The notes below the pieces were generated by a model that had not been told where the DNA came from, ran no database searches, and saw only the letters and a program-made list of their open reading frames with translations. Both the position numbers and the translations under genes were made by a program. Shown here piece after piece: positions 59,452 to 64,000 of a stretch of DNA of 64,000 bases; within the stretch, counting starts at the first letter, position 1, and each line of letters begins with the position of its first letter. The DNA is from Dehalococcoidia bacterium (GTDB taxonomy: Bacteria; Chloroflexota; Dehalococcoidia; Lucifugimonadales; CAZENU01), in the NCBI GenBank assembly GCA_965222125.1, contig CBDCTC010000002.1, positions 41,270 to 105,269 on the forward strand, read 5' to 3'.

Positions 59452-61317
59452 CTATAGGTACTCCTTGAGCCTCCGGGCGACAGTGGCTGTCATCCCGGGC
59501 ACGGCCGCCAGGTCCTCGACCGAGGCTTCCTTGACGCCCTTGACGGAGCCGAACCGCCGGAGCAGCATCTTGCGGCGCTTCGGCCCGATGCCTTCGACCT
59601 CGTCCATCACGGACGCGATGCTCTTCTTGGACCTGCGCTGGCGATGGTACGTGACCGCGAACCGGTGGGCCTCGTCTCGCGCGCGCTGCACGAGAAACAG
59701 CGCCTGGGACGAACGCGGCAACAGGATCGGCTCCTGCACCTGCGGGACGAACAGCTCCTCGTTCTCCTTCGCCAGGCTGGCCAGCGGTATGCGCTCGATC
59801 CCAAGCTCGAGGAAGACCTGCAGCGCCGCCGATAGATGGCCCTTCCCGCCGTCGATCAGCACCAGGTCCGGGACCGTCTGCCACGCCCCGTCCTCCGACC
59901 CGCCGCCGTTGGCGGACGACGCCTTCGCGGCCAACCGGCTGAATCGCCGCGTCAGCACCTCGCGCATCATCGCGTAGTCGTCCGGGCCGTCGCTCGTCTT
60001 GATCCTGAACCGCCGGTAGTGGGCGTTCTTGGGACGCCCGTCTTCGAACACCACCATGCTGCCGACGGCGTTGGTGCCCTGGATGTTAGATATGTCGTAG
60101 CACTCCATGCGCTGCGGCAAGTTCGGGAGGCTCAGGGCTTCCTGGAGCTCCTCCATCGCCGCGTCGACGTCGCCGCGCTCCGCCTCCCTGAGCTTGAGCT
60201 GCTCGATGCCCTCCGCCGCGTTCTCGGCGACCATCTCCATGAGCCGGCGCTTCTCGCCTCTCTGGGGGACCCGCAGCGCCACCCGTCCGCCGCGCTTCTG
60301 CGCCAGCCACGCCGCCACCGATTCGGAGCCGTCGACGGGATGCTGGGTGAGTATGGTCGGCGGCACGTACGGGTTGGCATTGTAGAACTGCTCGACGAAC
60401 GCCGCGAGAACGCGAGGCGGCTCGTCGTCCTTTGTGCCCGCCATGATGAAGTGGTCGCGGCCTATGAGTTTGCCGCGGCGTACGAAGAAGACCTCCACCC
60501 ACGTCTCGCCCATGAACGGGGCCAAAGCGATCACGTCCAGGTTCTCGGCGCCGAAGTGGAGGACCTTCTGGCCCTCGCCGACGCGCTCGATGGCGCGAAG
60601 CTGGTCCCGGAGCACGGCTGCCCTCTCGAACTCCAGGGCCTCGGCCGCCTCGTTCATGCGCCGCGCGATCGTCTTCGACACACGGTCAGTCTTGCCCTCC
60701 AGGAAGAGCACGACCTGATCGATCACCTCGGCGTACTCGTCCCTGTCGACGGCGCCTATGCACGGGCCCACGCAGCGGTTGATGTGGTAGTCGAGACACG
60801 GCCGGGCGTCCGTGCCCGTGATCGGCTTGGTGCACGACCGGTAGGGAAACAGTTTCTTCAGCAGGGCCAGGGTCTTGCGGACGCTGTGGGCGCTGGCGAA
60901 GGGTCCGAAGTAGCGGGCCCCGTCCCTGGTAGGGTTCCGCGTGATGTAGACGAGCGGAAAGTCCTCGGTCGTATCTATCTTGATGAACGGGTAGCTCTTG
61001 TCATCCTTCAGCCGCGCGTTGTAAACGGGCTTGTGATGCTTAATCAGGTTGCACTCGAGGATCACCGCTTCCTGGTCCGACTCCGTCAGGATGAAGTCGA
61101 AGTCCTCGACGCGGCGGACCAGGTTCCTGATCTTGGGCGCGAGGCCCGCCTCGCTGGCGAAATACGACCGCAGCCGGTGCCTGAGGCTGGCGGCCTTGCC
61201 TACGTAGAGTACGTCGCCGCCGACGTCGCGCATGATGTAGACGCCGGGCTTGGTGGGCACGGCGCACAGCCGTTCGGAGAACCGCTCGCGGCGCTCTGTC
61301 TCGGCCTTGGAAGTCAT
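59452..61317 (-). CDS. uvrC: Excinuclease ABC subunit C
   Basis: PGVY.M, YVGKA..LR.R..SYF, LKDDKSYP, ECYDISN, DGGKG, RDEAHRFA, HhH. Confidence 0.96.
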   Translation of the reverse strand: MTSKAETERRERFSERLCAVPTKPGVYIMRDVGGDVLYVGKAASLRHRLRSYFASEAGLAPKIRNLVRRVEDFDFILTESDQEAVILECNLIKHHKPVYNARLKDDKSYPFIKIDTTEDFPLVYITRNPTRDGARYFGPFASAHSVRKTLALLKKLFPYRSCTKPITGTDARPCLDYHINRCVGPCIGAVDRDEYAEVIDQVVLFLEGKTDRVSKTIARRMNEAAEALEFERAAVLRDQLRAIERVGEGQKVLHFGAENLDVIALAPFMGETWVEVFFVRRGKLIGRDHFIMAGTKDDEPPRVLAAFVEQFYNANPYVPPTILTQHPVDGSESVAAWLAQKRGGRVALRVPQRGEKRRLMEMVAENAAEGIEQLKLREAERGDVDAAMEELQEALSLPNLPQRMECYDISNIQGTNAVGSMVVFEDGRPKNAHYRRFRIKTSDGPDDYAMMREVLTRRFSRLAAKASSANGGGSEDGAWQTVPDLVLIDGGKGHLSAALQVFLELGIERIPLASLAKENEELFVPQVQEPILLPRSSQALFLVQRARDEAHRFAVTYHRQRRSKKSIASVMDEVEGIGPKRRKMLLRRFGSVKGVKEASVEDLAAVPGMTATVARRLKEYL

Positions 61318-61339
61318 GCAGCCCTCGGGGAGGGCCCGG

Positions 61340-61681
61340 CTAGCCTAGGACCACCGCCGCGACGGCCAGGATCACCAGGATCACGCCCGTGACCATGCCT
61401 ATCCGCAGCAGCTCCTTCGTCATGTACGGCTGCTGGGCCGCGGCGGCCGCGGCCGCCGACTGTGCCGCCTTCGACGCGCGGCTCGTCACTCGGGGGACCA
61501 TCACCGGCGGGGCAGCCGGACGCGTGGGTGCGGGCGCGGCATCCGCCGAGTCCTGTTCCTCGGCGGGTCGGGAAGAAACCGTCGGCCCCGTCGCGAAGAC
61601 CTGCGGCCCACTCTTGCGGTTCTTGCGGTGACTCTTCAGGCCCGCCTGTCTCGACGCGGCCTTGCGTCCTTTACTCGGCAT
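61340..61681 (-). CDS. Hypothetical protein with basic N-terminus and C-terminal TM helix
   Basis: GGAGG RBS, lies between xerD and uvrC in the same orientation. Confidence 0.6.
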   Translation of the reverse strand: MPSKGRKAASRQAGLKSHRKNRKSGPQVFATGPTVSSRPAEEQDSADAAPAPTRPAAPPVMVPRVTSRASKAAQSAAAAAAAQQPYMTKELLRIGMVTGVILVILAVAAVVLG

Positions 61682-61708
61682 CGGTCCCTCCGTGCGATAC
61701 GGCTACGG

Positions 61709-62611
61709 CTATCCGGCCCTTGGATGCGCTTTCGCGTACTCTGTCCTGACATGTTCGCTGGTCAGGTGCGTATAGACCTGCGTCGTCGTGATGCTCGCGT
61801 GCCCCAGCAGCTCCTGTACGTGCCTCAGCGGCGCGCCCCCTCGCAGCAGGTGCGTCGCGAAGCTGTGACGGAGCGTATGGGGCGTCACGCGTTTGCGGAT
61901 GCCCGTCTGCTCGGCCCACCTCTTCAGCACAAGCCAGAAGCCCTGCCGGCTCAGTCTCTTCCCGCGGCTGTTGAGAAACAACGCGGCGCCGGACTGCGCC
62001 TTCGCCAACGCCGGCCTGCCCCGCCCCAGATAGGCTCGGAGCAGGTCCGCCGCGCGGTCGTGTATCGGGACCACCCGCTCCTTCGAGCCCTTGCCGAAGC
62101 ATCTGATCGAACCCTGGTCCAGGCTGACGTCGTCCAGGTTCAGTGACACCAGCTCCCCGACGCGAATCCCGCTGGCGTAGAGCAACTCCAACATCGCCCT
62201 GTCCCGGTCGACCTCGGGGCTGTCCCCGGTCGGCGCGCTCAGCAGCGCGTCTACCTCGTCGACGGTCAGGGTATCCGGCAGCGACCGGCCCAGCTTGGGT
62301 GAGCTGACGTTGTCCGTCGGATCGGTATCGACGACGCCCTCTTCGATCAGGAAGGCGAACAGCGACTTCGCCGACGCCACCTTGCGGGCGCGCGTCGTAT
62401 CGGAGTATCCGCGGCTGTGAAGCTCGAGCAGATACGAGGCGATCGTGTGGGCGTCGACCGCGCTCCAACCCCTCGTCTCCGAGTCCGGCGCGCGCTCGCC
62501 TACGAACTCTGCGAGCTGGCCAAGGTCGTTGCGGTAGGCCGCCACGGTGTTCGGGGACACGCCTCGTTCCACCGTCATGTAGCTCAGGAAACGGTCGATG
62601 CTCTCGCGCAT
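61709..62611 (-). CDS. xerD: Site-specific tyrosine recombinase XerD
   Basis: S.NT..AYR.DL, RDRAMLELLYASG.RV.EL, GKGSKER, TPHTLRHSFATH, LGH....TTQVYTH. Confidence 0.93.
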   Translation of the reverse strand: MRESIDRFLSYMTVERGVSPNTVAAYRNDLGQLAEFVGERAPDSETRGWSAVDAHTIASYLLELHSRGYSDTTRARKVASAKSLFAFLIEEGVVDTDPTDNVSSPKLGRSLPDTLTVDEVDALLSAPTGDSPEVDRDRAMLELLYASGIRVGELVSLNLDDVSLDQGSIRCFGKGSKERVVPIHDRAADLLRAYLGRGRPALAKAQSGAALFLNSRGKRLSRQGFWLVLKRWAEQTGIRKRVTPHTLRHSFATHLLRGGAPLRHVQELLGHASITTTQVYTHLTSEHVRTEYAKAHPRAG

Positions 62612-62721
62612 GGTAGTCGTAGGGGCTCCTGTCCGTACGCCATTCTAGCACGGGGTTTCCCGGCTCCGGCAAGCGAATGGGGCCGTCCACCGCTTGGGCG
62701 AGCCGGCCGACGGGGCCGCCG

Positions 62722-63507
62722 CTAGATGATGTGCTTGGTGCCGCGCAGTCGGGGGAAGATCTGGCCCCGGATGACGATCCTGTAGATCAGGTAGGTGGCG
62801 ACGATCATGAAGCCGCTGACCACGGCGTCCATGATGTAGTGGTTGCCGGTCACGATGATCGACGCGAGCGTCGCGGTCGGGTAGACGACGCCGAGAACCT
62901 TCAGCACCGCGCCGCCGTGGCGGAACAGCAACACCCCCAGGAGCGTCGACCAGGCGAAGTGCAGGCTCGGCATCGCGGCGAAGATGTTGTAGTACGACAG
63001 CTCGTCGCGAACGTCGAACCACGCGGGGCCGTAGTCCTTGATCGAGTCGACGAAGCCGTCCATCATCCGCGGCGGCGCGAGGGGAAACAGGCTGAACACC
63101 ACGAGCGCCACCGCAAGGCTGAGCATAACGATGCTCCGGTAGTAGAAGTACCGGTCGCGGTCGCGTATGTAGTAGCCGAGGGCTATGGTCAGGATCGCAG
63201 GAACGAAGGTGATGATGTAGAGCCAGTTGAACAGCGCCATCAGCCACTGGCCGCTCTGGATGGCCCAGTTCTGGATCTGAGGCTCCCAGAAGAAGCCGCG
63301 GGACGTCTCGAAGGCGATCAGCGTGCCGGCGTTCTCGATGGCGGCCTCTTCGATGTCCGTCACGAGCACCTTGCGGACGCTCATGAACAGGAGGTAGCCG
63401 CCCAGGACGATGAAGACCTCTCGGACATGCGCAAGAGCGCCGCCCCGGTCCATCAGCCTTCTGAACAGATCTGTCAGCTTAGTCGAGTGTGTGATCTGCG
63501 CCCACAT
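62722..63507 (-). CDS. PAP2_3 (Aur1/IPC synthase-like) membrane phosphotransferase
   Basis: FPLAPPR, AAMPSLH, TGNHY.MD. Confidence 0.85.
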   Translation of the reverse strand: MWAQITHSTKLTDLFRRLMDRGGALAHVREVFIVLGGYLLFMSVRKVLVTDIEEAAIENAGTLIAFETSRGFFWEPQIQNWAIQSGQWLMALFNWLYIITFVPAILTIALGYYIRDRDRYFYYRSIVMLSLAVALVVFSLFPLAPPRMMDGFVDSIKDYGPAWFDVRDELSYYNIFAAMPSLHFAWSTLLGVLLFRHGGAVLKVLGVVYPTATLASIIVTGNHYIMDAVVSGFMIVATYLIYRIVIRGQIFPRLRGTKHII

Positions 63508-63624
63508 TGCGGTCGAACCCGCCGGACTCCTGAGACGGCCCGGCGGTGCATCCCCCCAACGGCCATACCAGGAAATTATAGGGTGGCGGGCTTGAACCGG
63601 TCAACACGCGTACGCCCAATAAGA

Positions 63625-63684
63625 AACCGATCGGTTGTGAGGTGCCGTGTACAAATTGACACCCGGCATGGGCCCTACTACGCT
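63625..63684 (+). promoter_or_regulatory. Palindrome AACCGATCGGTT and promoter TTGACA-17 bp-TACGCT
   Basis: Perfect 12-bp palindrome 63625-63636; -35 at 63656, -10 at 63679. Confidence 0.5.
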
Positions 63685-63723
63685 TGGGTTCACAAGCTCG
63701 CCAGCGGCATCGGAGAGGCGCGA

Positions 63724-64000
63724 TTGAGGCGAACCGCAAGTAGATTGGCCATGATCGTCTCGCTCGCACTCGCCGGATGCGATTCGAGGGCCGACGAGCC
63801 CATTGCCACACCCGTGGCGGATCGAACACCGGTCAGCGCCAATACCGACGCGATAGACATTCGGGACGGCGATTGCATCAATTCGACCATGGCCGAAGGC
63901 GTCAGCACCGAGTCGGCGGTGGTCGTGCCGTGCGGCGAGGCATGGCAGTACCGCGCGCTCAACTCGTTCGACGTCGCCGACGGCGACCGTTACCCGGGAA
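63724..64000 (+). CDS. Lipoprotein with septum-formation-like domain (partial, runs off window end)
   Basis: LAGC lipobox; GDCI...VVPC...W.Y pattern; frame open to the end. Confidence 0.6.
   Translation, partial: MRRTASRLAMIVSLALAGCDSRADEPIATPVADRTPVSANTDAIDIRDGDCINSTMAEGVSTESAVVVPCGEAWQYRALNSFDVADGDRYPG

Noticed and set aside
61709-62611. Tyrosine recombinase as prophage or island integrase
   Set aside because: Motifs, length and core context near uvrC match housekeeping XerD; no att sites or phage genes

Overview
High-GC bacterial chromosome segment. Gene content (paralogous amidohydrolases, MR/MLE enolases, phytanoyl-CoA dioxygenase, HpcH aldolase, ccmCDE with CxxxY-type CcmE) suggests Chloroflexota/Dehalococcoidia of the SAR202 type; this is inference only. 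The left half (1-35.6 kb) is accessory and catabolic. It holds a tandem triplication of PEBP/YbhB lipoprotein genes, three tRNAs (Pro-GGG, Pro-TGG, His-GTG), four defective IS elements (2 IS1380, 2 IS5), a 213-bp-period REP/BIME-like array, defence-like remnants (GHKL ATPase, DUF2806, AlbA_2-RecG_C plus ParA) and two higBA loci. The right half is mostly core genes (pyk, cysS, metG, rsmI, pepA, mtaB, nfeD/SPFH, uvrC, xerD). Most notable observations: a full CysRS fused to a GT2 glycosyltransferase; a yybP-ykoY (Mn2+) riboswitch-like sequence lying antisense in the leader of a Ca/cation exchanger; a CcmD carrying a signal peptide and Calx-beta domain; an unassigned structured RNA candidate at ~53.1-53.4 kb; a perfectly conserved structured leader shared by two otherwise diverged IS1380 elements; and a 24-bp in-frame palindromic insertion in one transposase. 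All family assignments come from motif recognition by eye, not from database searches.
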